Assembly: GCA_020848435.1 (NCBI GenBank) | Contig: JADLAC010000009.1 | Span: 89,765 to 153,764 of the forward strand | Reading direction: 5' to 3' | DNA: 64,000 bases | Origin: Burkholderiales bacterium | GTDB taxonomy: Bacteria; Pseudomonadota; Gammaproteobacteria; Burkholderiales; WYBJ01 | Part shown: positions 53,948 to 64,000 of the stretch, piece after piece | How the letters are laid out: every line of letters starts with the position of its first letter | Numbering within the stretch: the first letter of the stretch is position 1 | The notes under the pieces: generated by a model | Database searches by the model: none | What the model saw: the letters and a program-made list of their open reading frames with translations, nothing else | What the model was told of the DNA's origin: nothing | Position numbers and translations under genes: made by a program

Positions 53948-54127
53948 TTACTTGGCGACCGGGATGTTGACGATTTCCATCACGCCCCAGATCACATAAA
54001 GCACCGTGGGCAGGGCGACCCCGAGAAACAGCAACAGGAAGGGATTGTCGAGAAGCTGCTGCATCACAGGCACCGGCTCCTCGGGCGGCAGGTCGTTCAT
54101 CGGGTCTACACGGGTCTCAGTCGTCAT
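53948..54127 (-). CDS. Small membrane protein (59 aa), first gene of the oxidase array (not in the ORF track, below 60 aa)
   Basis: Manual translation: MTTETRVDPMNDLPPEEPVPVMQQLLDNPFLLLFLGVALPTVLYVIWGVMEIVNIPVAK. GGAGGGAG sits immediately upstream. It ends 33 nt before the subunit II start. Confidence 0.4.
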   Translation of the reverse strand: MTTETRVDPMNDLPPEEPVPVMQQLLDNPFLLLFLGVALPTVLYVIWGVMEIVNIPVAK

Positions 54128-54218
54128 GGCTCCCTCCGAGGCTGTCTGCCGGCCGCTACCGGCCGGCGGGTCTATGTGGAACTGCCGCGAAAGTTACCCT
54201 CGGACGGCGGCGCGGAAC

Positions 54219-54232
54219 TTGACTTTAATCAA
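54219..54232. promoter_or_regulatory. FNR/DNR/NnrR-type box TTGAC-TTTA-ATCAA in the divergent region between the oxidase array and ctaA
   Basis: Direct reading. It lies about 92 nt from the start at 54127 and about 94 nt from the start at 54326. Confidence 0.55.
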
Positions 54233-54325
54233 GCTTTCGCCGCGCTGGGTCGATCGCGCTTGCAGCGAGCTGTAGCGCGCCGTTCGAGGCGGTATAGTTG
54301 CGTTCCAACCAGGGAAGCAGGACCG

Positions 54326-55357
54326 ATGGATCGAAGCACACGTATACGAGTGGCGGCATGGCTGTTCGCGTGCTGCGTGCTGCTATTCACGATGATCGTG
54401 ATCGGTGGCATCACGCGTCTCACCCGCTCCGGACTTTCCATCGTCGAATGGCAGCCGATCGCCGGTGCGCTGCCGCCTTTGAACGAAGCGCAGTGGCTCG
54501 AGACCTTCGAGAAGTACCGGCAGACCCCCGAGTACAAGCAGGTCAACTTCGGCATGAGCCTCGCCGAGTTCAAAGGCATCTTCTGGTGGGAATACATCCA
54601 TCGCCTGCTCGGGCGTCTCATCGGCCTGGTCTTTTTCATTCCCTACGCCTGGTTCCTGCTGCGCAAGCGGCTCGACCGCGACAGCGCCTGGAAGCTCGGC
54701 CTGGTGTTCGTTCTCGGCGCGATCCAAGGGGCGATGGGCTGGTACATGGTCAAGAGTGGCCTGGTCGACGATCCGCGCGTGAGTCACTATCGGCTCAGCG
54801 CGCATCTCGGCCTCGCCTTCGCGATCTTCGCGGCCATGTTCTGGATCGCTCTCGACATGCTGAAGCCCAGGCTCGTACCGGTCTCCGAACCCGCACGGCG
54901 GCTCGGGCGCGTCGCCCTCACCACGGCGCTACTCGTGTTCGTCATGATCCTGAGCGGCGGCCTGGTCGCCGGCATTCGCGCGGGCTACGCGTACAACACC
55001 TTTCCGCTCATGAACGGCCATTGGATCCCGCCCGAGATCCTGCTGATCGAGCCGTGGTACCTCAACTTCTTCAACAATATGGCGACGGTCCAGTTCGATC
55101 ATCGGACGCTCGCCTGGATCCTGCTCGTGCTCATCGCGGGGATGTGGATCGCGAGCCGCTCGCCCGCGCTTCCCGCGCGCGCGCGTTTCGCAGCGCATTT
55201 CCTGCTGCTCGCCATCGCGTTGCAGTTCTCACTCGGCGTGGCGGCCCTGTTGCTGCGCGTGCCGGTGCCGCTCGGCGCTGCGCACCAGGGCGGCGCCGTG
55301 CTGGTGCTGGCGGCGCTCCTTTGGTTCGCGCACGAGCTGCGCCGTCCGGAGCATTAG
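54326..55357 (+). CDS. ctaA: Haem A synthase (COX15/CtaA family)
   Basis: The start was trimmed to MDRSTRIR at 54326. IGGITRLTRSGLSIVEWQP...W..F.KY...PEY and WEYIHRLLGR are typical of COX15. Confidence 0.85.
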   Translation: MDRSTRIRVAAWLFACCVLLFTMIVIGGITRLTRSGLSIVEWQPIAGALPPLNEAQWLETFEKYRQTPEYKQVNFGMSLAEFKGIFWWEYIHRLLGRLIGLVFFIPYAWFLLRKRLDRDSAWKLGLVFVLGAIQGAMGWYMVKSGLVDDPRVSHYRLSAHLGLAFAIFAAMFWIALDMLKPRLVPVSEPARRLGRVALTTALLVFVMILSGGLVAGIRAGYAYNTFPLMNGHWIPPEILLIEPWYLNFFNNMATVQFDHRTLAWILLVLIAGMWIASRSPALPARARFAAHFLLLAIALQFSLGVAALLLRVPVPLGAAHQGGAVLVLAALLWFAHELRRPEH

Positions 55358-55361
55358 ATCG

Positions 55362-56327
55362 ATGCACGCCACCTCGGCCCCGCGCCGGTTGCTCGCGCGC
55401 GCGGCGTTGCTCGGCTGCGTTCTCATGGCCGTCATCGTCATCTCGAGCGCATTCCTGCGCCTGACCAGCATCGGCATCGGTTGCGCGGATTGGCCGCAAT
55501 GCTATGGCCGCCTCGCGAGCGCGAGCGCGGCCGCCGACCCCCTGCCCCCGGCCGCGGTACGAGTCGCGCGCCTGTTGCATCGGTTCGCCGCGATGCTGAC
55601 AGGGGTGCTCGTGCTGTTCATGCTCATCGTCTCCATCACGCGCGCCGGGCGTACGCGTGCCAACTTCGGCGCCGCGCTCGCCTTGTGTCTGGCGACGATT
55701 CTGCTGGCGGCGATCGGACGCAGCAGCGCCGGGACGCTCGTGCCCTTGATCGGTGTCGTCAATCTCGTCGGCGGCTTCACGATGCTGCTGCTGTTCTGGC
55801 TGCTCTGGTCTACGAACGCCAGTGCGAGCGGCTCGACGCCGGCCCCTGTGCAGGTGCGGCTCGCGGCCTTCGCTCTGCTCGCGGCCTTGCTCGCGCAAGT
55901 CGCCGCGGGCGCATTGTCCAGCGTCACGTATGGCGTCACGACCTGTAGCGCTCCGTTGACGTGCGCGACCGATTCGCAGGGTAGCTTGGAGGCGTTGCGC
56001 AGCCTGACCCCGAGCGTGCCGCTCCAGGTCGAGGACGAGCGCGTGATTGCACCCAAGGGTGCAGCCGAGCTGCAACTGCTGCACCGTTATTCGGGTCTCG
56101 CGCTTGGCGCGATCCTCATCGCTCTCGGCGCGTGGCTGCTGTGGGTGAAGCGGTTGCGCGCGCTCGCCGTGGCGCTCGTTGCGGCGGCCGCCGCCGAGCT
56201 GCTGCTCGGCCTGGCGATGGTGTCGGGCCCTCTGCCGTTGTCCGCGGCGCTCGCGCACAATGCGCTCGCAGCGGTTCTGCTGCTCCTGCTTGCTTTCCTC
56301 GCGCTGCGCCGCAGCCGCGGCGATTGA
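55362..56327 (+). CDS. Second CtaA/COX15-like polytopic membrane protein (Cys-pair type)
   Basis: SSAFLRLTSIGIGCADWPQCYG and LLHRFAAML resemble the CtaA N-terminal half. HRYSGL and LAHNALA resemble the second half. Confidence 0.6.
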   Translation: MHATSAPRRLLARAALLGCVLMAVIVISSAFLRLTSIGIGCADWPQCYGRLASASAAADPLPPAAVRVARLLHRFAAMLTGVLVLFMLIVSITRAGRTRANFGAALALCLATILLAAIGRSSAGTLVPLIGVVNLVGGFTMLLLFWLLWSTNASASGSTPAPVQVRLAAFALLAALLAQVAAGALSSVTYGVTTCSAPLTCATDSQGSLEALRSLTPSVPLQVEDERVIAPKGAAELQLLHRYSGLALGAILIALGAWLLWVKRLRALAVALVAAAAAELLLGLAMVSGPLPLSAALAHNALAAVLLLLLAFLALRRSRGD

Positions 56328-56337
56328 TCGACATCAA
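56324..56337. promoter_or_regulatory. Perfect FNR-consensus box TTGAT-CGAC-ATCAA
   Basis: Direct reading. It overlaps the stop codon of the 55362-56327 gene and lies about 155 nt upstream of the DUF2249 ORF. Confidence 0.5.
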
Positions 56338-56490
56338 GGATCGGGCGCGTTCGAGGCCAGCAAAATGGCTCGCACGTCGTCGAGCCGCGTGCTCGATGCC
56401 TCGGTCAATGCGCCGCATCGGAGCTCAAACCGCCGCGGCCCCGATAACAGCCCGCGAGCCTTCGGCCCCGCGGGCGATAGGCAGGTGCCC

Positions 56491-56718
56491 GTGAACGGAA
56501 GCGAAGTTGTGGTGGTCGACGCTCGCTGGCTGCAGCATCCCGAGCCCATGGAAAAAGTGCTCGCGGCGCTATCGGCGCTCACTCCCGGCCAGCGCCTGCT
56601 ATTCAAGATCCACCGCGAGCCCTATCCGCTGTACCGCATGCTCGAAAAGAACAACTACGGTTGGAAGGTGGCCAAGCAGGACGACGGCACCTTCGAGATC
56701 ACGATCTGGGAGCAGTAG
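56491..56718 (+). CDS. DUF2249-family small protein
   Basis: VVVDARWLQHPEPMEKVLAALSALTPGQRLLFKIHREPYPLYRML matches the DUF2249 pattern (lD.R.L..P.P...il.al..L.pG..L........P.PL). The GTG start at 56491 is assumed. Confidence 0.5.
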   Translation: MNGSEVVVVDARWLQHPEPMEKVLAALSALTPGQRLLFKIHREPYPLYRMLEKNNYGWKVAKQDDGTFEITIWEQ

Positions 56719-56838
56719 CGCCGGCAACGCGAAGCCAGTCGGTGGGGCGCTGCGAGCGCCGGGGTGCAATCCCGCGAGCTCGATGGCTTCGGCCCGGGCA
56801 GGGTTCGATTCGGCGTGATCGAATCGCCCTGATGCGCA

Positions 56839-57711
56839 TCAGCCGGCGAGCAGCGAGGGGGCGGATTCATCCGCTCCCGCCAGGCATATGGTCGGGGACG
56901 CTTCGCGCAGGCGCACCACCGCGCCGACGACGACCAGCGTCGGTGAGCAAAGCCGCTGCGCCACCGCGGCCGCGGGCAACGTCGCCAGTGTTGCGGTGAC
57001 GACGCGTTGCTCGGGCGTGGTGCCGTTCTCGACCACCATCGCCGGCGTATCCGCCGCCAGGCCGTGCGCGATGAGCTCGCGGGCGAATATGGCAAGACCT
57101 TTCAGCCCCATGTACACCACGACTGTCTGCAGCGGGCGCGCAAGCGCCTCCCAGTCCAGGTTCACGCTGCCGTCGCGCAAGTGCCCGGTCACGAACACGC
57201 ATGCATGGGCGTGATCGCGATGCGTGAGCGGCACACCGGTCGCGGCCGCGATGCCGCAGGCGGCCGTGATACCCGGCACGACCTCGCAGGCGATGCCGTG
57301 GCGTCGTAACGCCTGCATCTCCTCGCCGCCGCGGCCGAAGACGAAGGGATCGCCGCCTTTCAGGCGCACCACTTCCTTGCCCGCGCGCGCGAGCGCCACC
57401 AGCAAGTCGTTGATATCGTCCTGCGGCAAGGTGTGGTTGTCGCGCTCCTTGCCGACGTAGAGCTTGGCCGTGCGCGCCGCGGCGAAGTCGAGCACCGCCG
57501 GCGTGACCAAATGGTCGTAGACGATGACATCGGCCTCGCGGATCGCACGCAGCGCACGCAGCGTCAGCAGCTCCGGGTCGCCCGGCCCGGCGCCGACCAG
57601 TAGCACTCGTCCCGGCGCATGCCGCCGGCTACGGGAGCCGAGAGCACCTTCCTCACCAAGACGTTCGGAGCGCCGGGCGGCGCCGCGCTCACCGCGATAC
57701 TCGTCTTCCAT
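56839..57711 (-). CDS. nirE: Uroporphyrinogen-III C-methyltransferase (SUMT; NirE-type, haem d1 / sirohaem branch)
   Basis: VLLVGAGPGDPELLTLRALRAIREADVIVYDHLV and LKGGDPFVFGRGGEE. A GGAGGTGG RBS lies upstream. The gene is divergent from nirS. Confidence 0.85.
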   Translation of the reverse strand: MEDEYRGERGAARRSERLGEEGALGSRSRRHAPGRVLLVGAGPGDPELLTLRALRAIREADVIVYDHLVTPAVLDFAAARTAKLYVGKERDNHTLPQDDINDLLVALARAGKEVVRLKGGDPFVFGRGGEEMQALRRHGIACEVVPGITAACGIAAATGVPLTHRDHAHACVFVTGHLRDGSVNLDWEALARPLQTVVVYMGLKGLAIFARELIAHGLAADTPAMVVENGTTPEQRVVTATLATLPAAAVAQRLCSPTLVVVGAVVRLREASPTICLAGADESAPSLLAG

Positions 57712-57776
57712 TCCACCTCCGATCGGAATCGGCTCCGAGCTCGCGCGTATTTGAACCCACGACGCGCGTACGGAAT

Positions 57777-57790
57777 TTGACGAAGGTCAA
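57777..57790. promoter_or_regulatory. FNR/DNR/NnrR-type palindromic box TTGAC-GAAG-GTCAA upstream of nirS copy 1
   Basis: Direct reading. The box centre lies about 81 nt upstream of the nirS ATG at 57865. Confidence 0.6.
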
Positions 57791-57864
57791 TGGGATACGG
57801 CATGCGCTGCAGCATCCTAAGCGCCGATGAAAGTTTCGTTGATAGCGTCACAGAGGAGATGGCC

Positions 57865-59487
57865 ATGAGAAGAGCGGGTAAGGTGCTGAGCGCTGCCGTG
57901 TTGGCGGCGTTTCCACTGGCAGTCGCGGCGCAGGCGAGCGCGCCGAGCATGACGGCAGCGGAGAAGGAAACCGGAAAACGCATTTACTTCGAGCGCTGCG
58001 CGGGCTGCCACGGCGTGCTGCGTAAAGGCGCCACCGGCAAGAACCTCGAGCCGGTGAACATGTTGAAGCTCGGCCAGAATCGGCTCGAAACCATCATTTC
58101 GCTCGGCACCGACGGCGGCATGGTGAACTTCGACGACATCATGAGCAAGGAAGAAATCACCACCATGGCGAAGTACATCCAGAACCAACCGGACGTTCCG
58201 CCGGAGTTCGGGATGAAGGACATGATGGCGAGCTGGAAGATGATCGTGCCGCCGGAGAAGCGGCCGACCAAGCAGATGAACAAAGTCAACCTGAAAAACG
58301 TCTTCTCGGTGACGCTGCGCGACACCGGCGAGGTGGCGCTGATCGACGGCGACACGAAGAAGATCGTGTCGATCGTGAAGACGGGCTACGCGGTGCACAT
58401 CTCGCGCCTGTCGTACTCGGGGCGCTACGTCTATGTCATCGGCCGCGACGGCAAGCTCGACTTAATCGATCTGTGGATGGAGCAGCCCGCGGTGGTCGCC
58501 ACCATCAAGATCGGCAGCGACGCGCGCTCGGTCGATACCTCCAAGTTCAAAGGCTTCGAGGACAAGTACGCGATCGCCGGCTCCTACTGGCCGCCGCAGT
58601 ACGTGATCATGGAAGGCAACACGCTGAAGCCGTTGAAGCTGGTCTCCACCCGCGGCATCACCGTCGACGGCGAATACCATCCCGAGCCGCGCGTCGCCTC
58701 CATCGTCTCCTCGCACATCAAGCCCGAGTGGGTCGTGAACATCAAGGAGACCGGCCAGATCCGGCTGGTCGACTACTCCGACATCAAGAACCTGAAAGAG
58801 ACGACCATCGAGTCGGCGAAGTTCTTGCACGACGGCGGCTGGGATGCTTCCAAGCGCTACTTCCTGGTGGCGGCGAACGCTTCGAACAAGATCGCCGTGG
58901 TCGACACCAAGGACGGCAAGCTCGCCGCGCTGGTCGACACCAAGAAGATCCCGCACCCCGGCCGGGGCGCGAACTTCACGCACCCGAAGTTCGGTCCGGT
59001 CTGGGCGACCGGCCATCTCGGCGCGGACGTGGTCACGCTGATCGGCACCGACCCGCAGAAGAACCCGCAGCACGCGTGGAAAGTGGTGCAGGAGCTGAAG
59101 ATGCACGGCGCGGGCAATCTGTTCGTGAAGACGCATCCGAAGTCGGCCAACCTGTGGGCCGACGCGCCGCAGAATCCGGAGCGTGACGTGGCCGAATCGG
59201 TGGCGGTGTACGACCTCAAGAATCTGGAGAAGGCGCCGGAGATCATCAACATCGCCAAGCTCGCGGGCCTGCCCGAGAGCAAGGCGATCAAGCGCGCGGT
59301 GCATCCGGAGTACAGCGAGAAGGGCGACGAGGTCTGGATCTCGCTGTGGGCGGGCAAGACCGAGCCGTCCGCGATCGTGGTGCTCGACGACAAGACCCGC
59401 AAGGTGAAGACGGTCATCAAGGATCCGAAGCTCATCACCCCGACCGGCAAGTTCAACGTCTGGAACACCCAACACGACATCTACTAG
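57865..59487 (+). CDS. nirS: Cytochrome cd1 nitrite reductase, copy 1
   Basis: Signal peptide and haem-c motif CAGCHG in [20 protein letters not shown]. The d1 beta-propeller landmarks are present ([37 protein letters not shown]). The start is at 57865 (AGAGGAG 7 nt upstream) or 57859. Confidence 0.9.
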   Translation: MRRAGKVLSAAVLAAFPLAVAAQASAPSMTAAEKETGKRIYFERCAGCHGVLRKGATGKNLEPVNMLKLGQNRLETIISLGTDGGMVNFDDIMSKEEITTMAKYIQNQPDVPPEFGMKDMMASWKMIVPPEKRPTKQMNKVNLKNVFSVTLRDTGEVALIDGDTKKIVSIVKTGYAVHISRLSYSGRYVYVIGRDGKLDLIDLWMEQPAVVATIKIGSDARSVDTSKFKGFEDKYAIAGSYWPPQYVIMEGNTLKPLKLVSTRGITVDGEYHPEPRVASIVSSHIKPEWVVNIKETGQIRLVDYSDIKNLKETTIESAKFLHDGGWDASKRYFLVAANASNKIAVVDTKDGKLAALVDTKKIPHPGRGANFTHPKFGPVWATGHLGADVVTLIGTDPQKNPQHAWKVVQELKMHGAGNLFVKTHPKSANLWADAPQNPERDVAESVAVYDLKNLEKAPEIINIAKLAGLPESKAIKRAVHPEYSEKGDEVWISLWAGKTEPSAIVVLDDKTRKVKTVIKDPKLITPTGKFNVWNTQHDIY

Positions 59488-59497
59488 CGGCACATGC

Positions 59498-59526
59498 GCG
59501 GCGCCTGCGGGCGCCGCTCTTTTTTG
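59498..59526 (+). terminator. Rho-independent terminator after nirS copy 1
   Basis: The 8-bp stem GCGGCGCC/GGCGCCGC with loop TGCG is followed by TCTTTTTTG. Confidence 0.6.
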
Positions 59527-59548
59527 CACCATCACCAGAAGCACGATC

Positions 59549-60124
59549 ATGACCGAACACAAAGCAGGGAGCGCATCGCGCCGGCGCATCCGCGGCTTCG
59601 CCACCGCGGCGTTGCTCGCGAGCGGGATCGGCGCGGGCGTCATCCTTTGGGGCGGCTTCAATACCGCCGTGGAATGGACCAATACCGAGACCTTTTGCAT
59701 CTCCTGCCACGAGATGCGCGACAACGTCTACGCCGAGTACCGCAAGACGATCCACTACAACAACCGCACGGGCGTGCGTGCCACCTGCCCGGACTGTCAC
59801 GTGCCGAGGGAGTGGGGCCCGAAGATGCTGCGCAAGATCCGCGCGACCGCCGAGCTGTGGGGCAAGATGACCGGCAGCATCGACACACGCGAGAAGTTCG
59901 TGGCCAACCGCCTGCGGCTCGCCGAGAACGAGTGGCGGCGCATGAAGGCGAACGATTCGCTCGAGTGCCGCAACTGCCACGGCTTGTCCTTCATGGATAC
60001 GGAAAAACAGCGGCAACGCGCGCGGCGCCAGCACGAGCTGGCGCAGAAGGACGGCCAGACGTGCATCGACTGCCACAAGGGCATCGCCCACAGCAAGCCC
60101 GAGGGCATGAAAGAAGACGACTGA
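59549..60124 (+). CDS. nirT: NapC/NirT-family membrane-anchored tetrahaem cytochrome c
   Basis: One TM helix and four CxxCH motifs (CISCH, CPDCH, CRNCH, CIDCH). Confidence 0.85.
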   Translation: MTEHKAGSASRRRIRGFATAALLASGIGAGVILWGGFNTAVEWTNTETFCISCHEMRDNVYAEYRKTIHYNNRTGVRATCPDCHVPREWGPKMLRKIRATAELWGKMTGSIDTREKFVANRLRLAENEWRRMKANDSLECRNCHGLSFMDTEKQRQRARRQHELAQKDGQTCIDCHKGIAHSKPEGMKEDD

Positions 60125-60165
60125 CCCCACCTCACCGGATACAAGACACGCGGAGACGACGAGCG

Positions 60166-61151
60166 ATGAAAACGACGATAGCAATGCTGGTGGCCGGAGT
60201 GCTCGGCACGGCGGCGGGTGCAGCCGCGGCAGCGCCTGACTGGAACAAGGTGCCGCGCAAGACCTTCACACTGTTCTATCCCGGCACCGGGTCGATGGAA
60301 TGGACCCTCATCGGCACCGAGCACGGCGGCGCGCGTGCGATGCGCAAGGGCGAGACCTGCGCGAGCTGCCACAACGACGAGGCGGCCGACATGGGCAAGA
60401 AGATCGTCTCGGGCCAGAAGATCGAGCCCGACGCCGCCTCGGTAAAGGGCAAGGCGGGGTCGATCCCTGTCACCGTGCAGGCGGCCTACGATGCGAGCAA
60501 CGTGTATCTGCGCTTCCAGTGGAAGCAGCCGGGAGGCGCCCCCGGGCCGAAGAACGATCCGAAGAACGCGGTCAAGCTCGCCGTCATGCTCGAAGACGGC
60601 GGCAAGGTCGAGCATGCGCGCATCGGCGGGTGCTGGGCGAGCTGTCACCACGACCTGCGCAGCATGCCGGATGCGGATCCGAACGCGTCCAAGCATGCGC
60701 GCGCGAAGGCGCTCGAGATCCTCCCCAACGGGCCTACCAAGTATCTCGCCGAGAGCCGCACGGCGATCGAGGGACGCAACAAGCCGCTCGGCGGCTGGGA
60801 CAAGCTCAAGTCGGAGGCGGACTTCGCCGCGCTGCTCAAGGAAGGCAAGTTCCTCGAGATGTGGCAGTTTCGCAGCGCCGAGCCGCCGCGTTCGGGTTAC
60901 GTGCTCGATGCACGCCACCTCAAGGCCGCGCCGGGGCTCGCCGAAGGCCGCAACGAGAGCGGCAACTGGACGGTGACCTTCACCCGCAAGCTCGCCGGGG
61001 GCAGCGGCGCGCACACCATCGCGGCGGGCAAGAGCTACTACGTGGGCTTCGCCATCCACGACGAGCACGTCGAGGCGCGCTACCACCATGTATCGCTCGG
61101 TTATCGGCTGGCGCTCGATGACGCGAAGGCCGATATCAACGCGGTGAAGCA

Positions 61152-61155
<4 letters not shown>
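60166..61155 (+). CDS. Periplasmic haem protein with a cytochrome c-552 / ethylbenzene-dehydrogenase-gamma-like haem-binding domain, in the NirB position
   Basis: The start was trimmed to MKTTIAML at 60166. It has a signal peptide, one CxxCH (CASCH) and a CWASCH (CX3CH-like) motif. The C-terminal FAIHDEH...HHVS pattern resembles EB_dh-type domains. Confidence 0.55.
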
Positions 61156-63477
<2,322 letters not shown>

Positions 63478-63527
63478 AGCACGCAACCGGGGGGAGCGGT
63501 CAACGCCGCGCTTCCTCGGTCGTCTCG

Positions 63528-63561
63528 GGGTGTCGGTCTCGCCGGCACCCTTTTTTTTTTT
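63528..63561 (+). terminator. Rho-independent terminator after nirS copy 2
   Basis: A 9-bp stem GGGTGTCGG/CCGGCACCC (one G-U pair) is followed by 11 T. Confidence 0.6.
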
Positions 63562-63591
63562 GCCTGCTCGCTTCCCGCGTGTGATACTCGA

Positions 63592-63605
63592 TTGAGGAAA
63601 ATCAA
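63592..63605. promoter_or_regulatory. Near-consensus FNR/DNR-type box TTGAG-GAAA-ATCAA upstream of nirC
   Basis: Direct reading, with one mismatch to TTGAT-N4-ATCAA. The box centre lies about 42 nt upstream of the nirC ATG. Confidence 0.4.
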
Positions 63606-63640
63606 CGCGAATCGAACGCAACCGCGAGAAGCTTGCTGCC

Positions 63641-63991
63641 ATGAAGCTCGTTGCACTTTGCCGTGCCGGCGTGTTGAGCGCCGGTGTGCTCGCGGCCACG
63701 CCCGCCTCGACCAATCCCGAAACTGTCGGCCCGCTGCGGGCGAAAGAGCTGGTGCGCCTGGTGCGCCAGGACTGCGGCTCGTGTCACGGGCTGACCTTGC
63801 GCGGCGGACTGGGCCCCGCGTTGCTGCCGGACAGCTTGCGCGACAAGCCGGAAGAAAGCTTGCGCTACACTATTTTGCTCGGCCGCCCCGGCACCGCCAT
63901 GCCGCCGTGGAAGTCGATCCTGTCCGAAGCCGAAGTCGACTGGATCCTGCAGCGGCTGCGCACGGGCTTTCCTCACGAGGACAAACGATGA
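63641..63991 (+). CDS. nirC: Monohaem c-type cytochrome (NirC / cytochrome c55X-like)
   Basis: Signal peptide. CGSCHG haem motif. GTAMPPW supplies the Met ligand region. The stop overlaps ATGATG of a downstream ORF that runs off the window; by synteny with known nir clusters this may be nirF, which is unverifiable here. Confidence 0.75.
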   Translation: MKLVALCRAGVLSAGVLAATPASTNPETVGPLRAKELVRLVRQDCGSCHGLTLRGGLGPALLPDSLRDKPEESLRYTILLGRPGTAMPPWKSILSEAEVDWILQRLRTGFPHEDKR

Positions 63992-64000
63992 TGCTCCGCT

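Noticed and set aside
59494-60165. First 224 aa of the 553-aa ORF 59494-61155. Also antisense ORFs 58462-59724, 59797-61275 and 62005-63192.
   Set aside because: The first overlaps nirT out of frame; the real protein starts with the signal peptide at 60166. The others are antisense shadows of nirS and the nirB-like gene.

Overview
High-GC proteobacterial chromosome segment, probably from a denitrifier. No rRNA, CRISPR array, transposase or integrase was recognised. By eye it splits into four blocks.

(1) 1-7.2 kb, miscellaneous genes: a partial cfa-like methyltransferase, nadE, a roughly 950-aa multi-PAS protein with no output domain, a BON lipoprotein and a small zinc-ribbon ORF.

(2) 7.3-31.1 kb, a LysR-associated catabolic and uptake island. 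It holds four Bug/TctC solute-binding proteins, an enolase-superfamily enzyme, a 12S+5S-type carboxyltransferase pair, an M24 hydrolase, an opine-dehydrogenase-like enzyme, hydantoinase/oxoprolinase A+B, a URO-D-like protein, a five-gene Dpp/Opp-type ABC importer and a Tat-exported flavoprotein.

(3) 31.1-42.8 kb, an accessory cluster bracketed by a PIN-domain gene remnant and tRNA-Leu(UAA). It holds a stand-alone LanB-type (lantibiotic-dehydratase N-terminal-like) protein, three paralogous PaaK/CapK-type adenylate-forming enzymes, a GT1 glycosyltransferase, a GT-A-like protein with a PqqD/RRE-like N-terminus, a GNAT and a PEP-CTERM protein. No precursor peptide is evident. This is my best candidate for an undescribed peptide-modification pathway.

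(4) 42.9-64 kb, a respiratory and denitrification region. A roughly 10.5-kb co-directional array encodes two divergent haem-copper-oxidase catalytic subunits that lack the helix-VI Tyr, a CuA subunit II, SCO and CyoE. It also encodes two unusual cytochrome-b fusion proteins (b + 2Fe-2S + FNR; b + 2x[4Fe-4S] + MvhD), each followed by a paralogous small membrane protein. After the array come two CtaA/COX15 genes, DUF2249, nirE, and nirS-nirT-nirB-like-cupredoxin-nirS2-nirC. Five FNR/DNR-type TTGAT-N4-ATCAA boxes are visible.

Many long ORFs in the six-frame track are antisense or off-frame shadow ORFs typical of high-GC DNA and were not called. All functional calls rest on motif and family recognition by eye. 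No searches were run.
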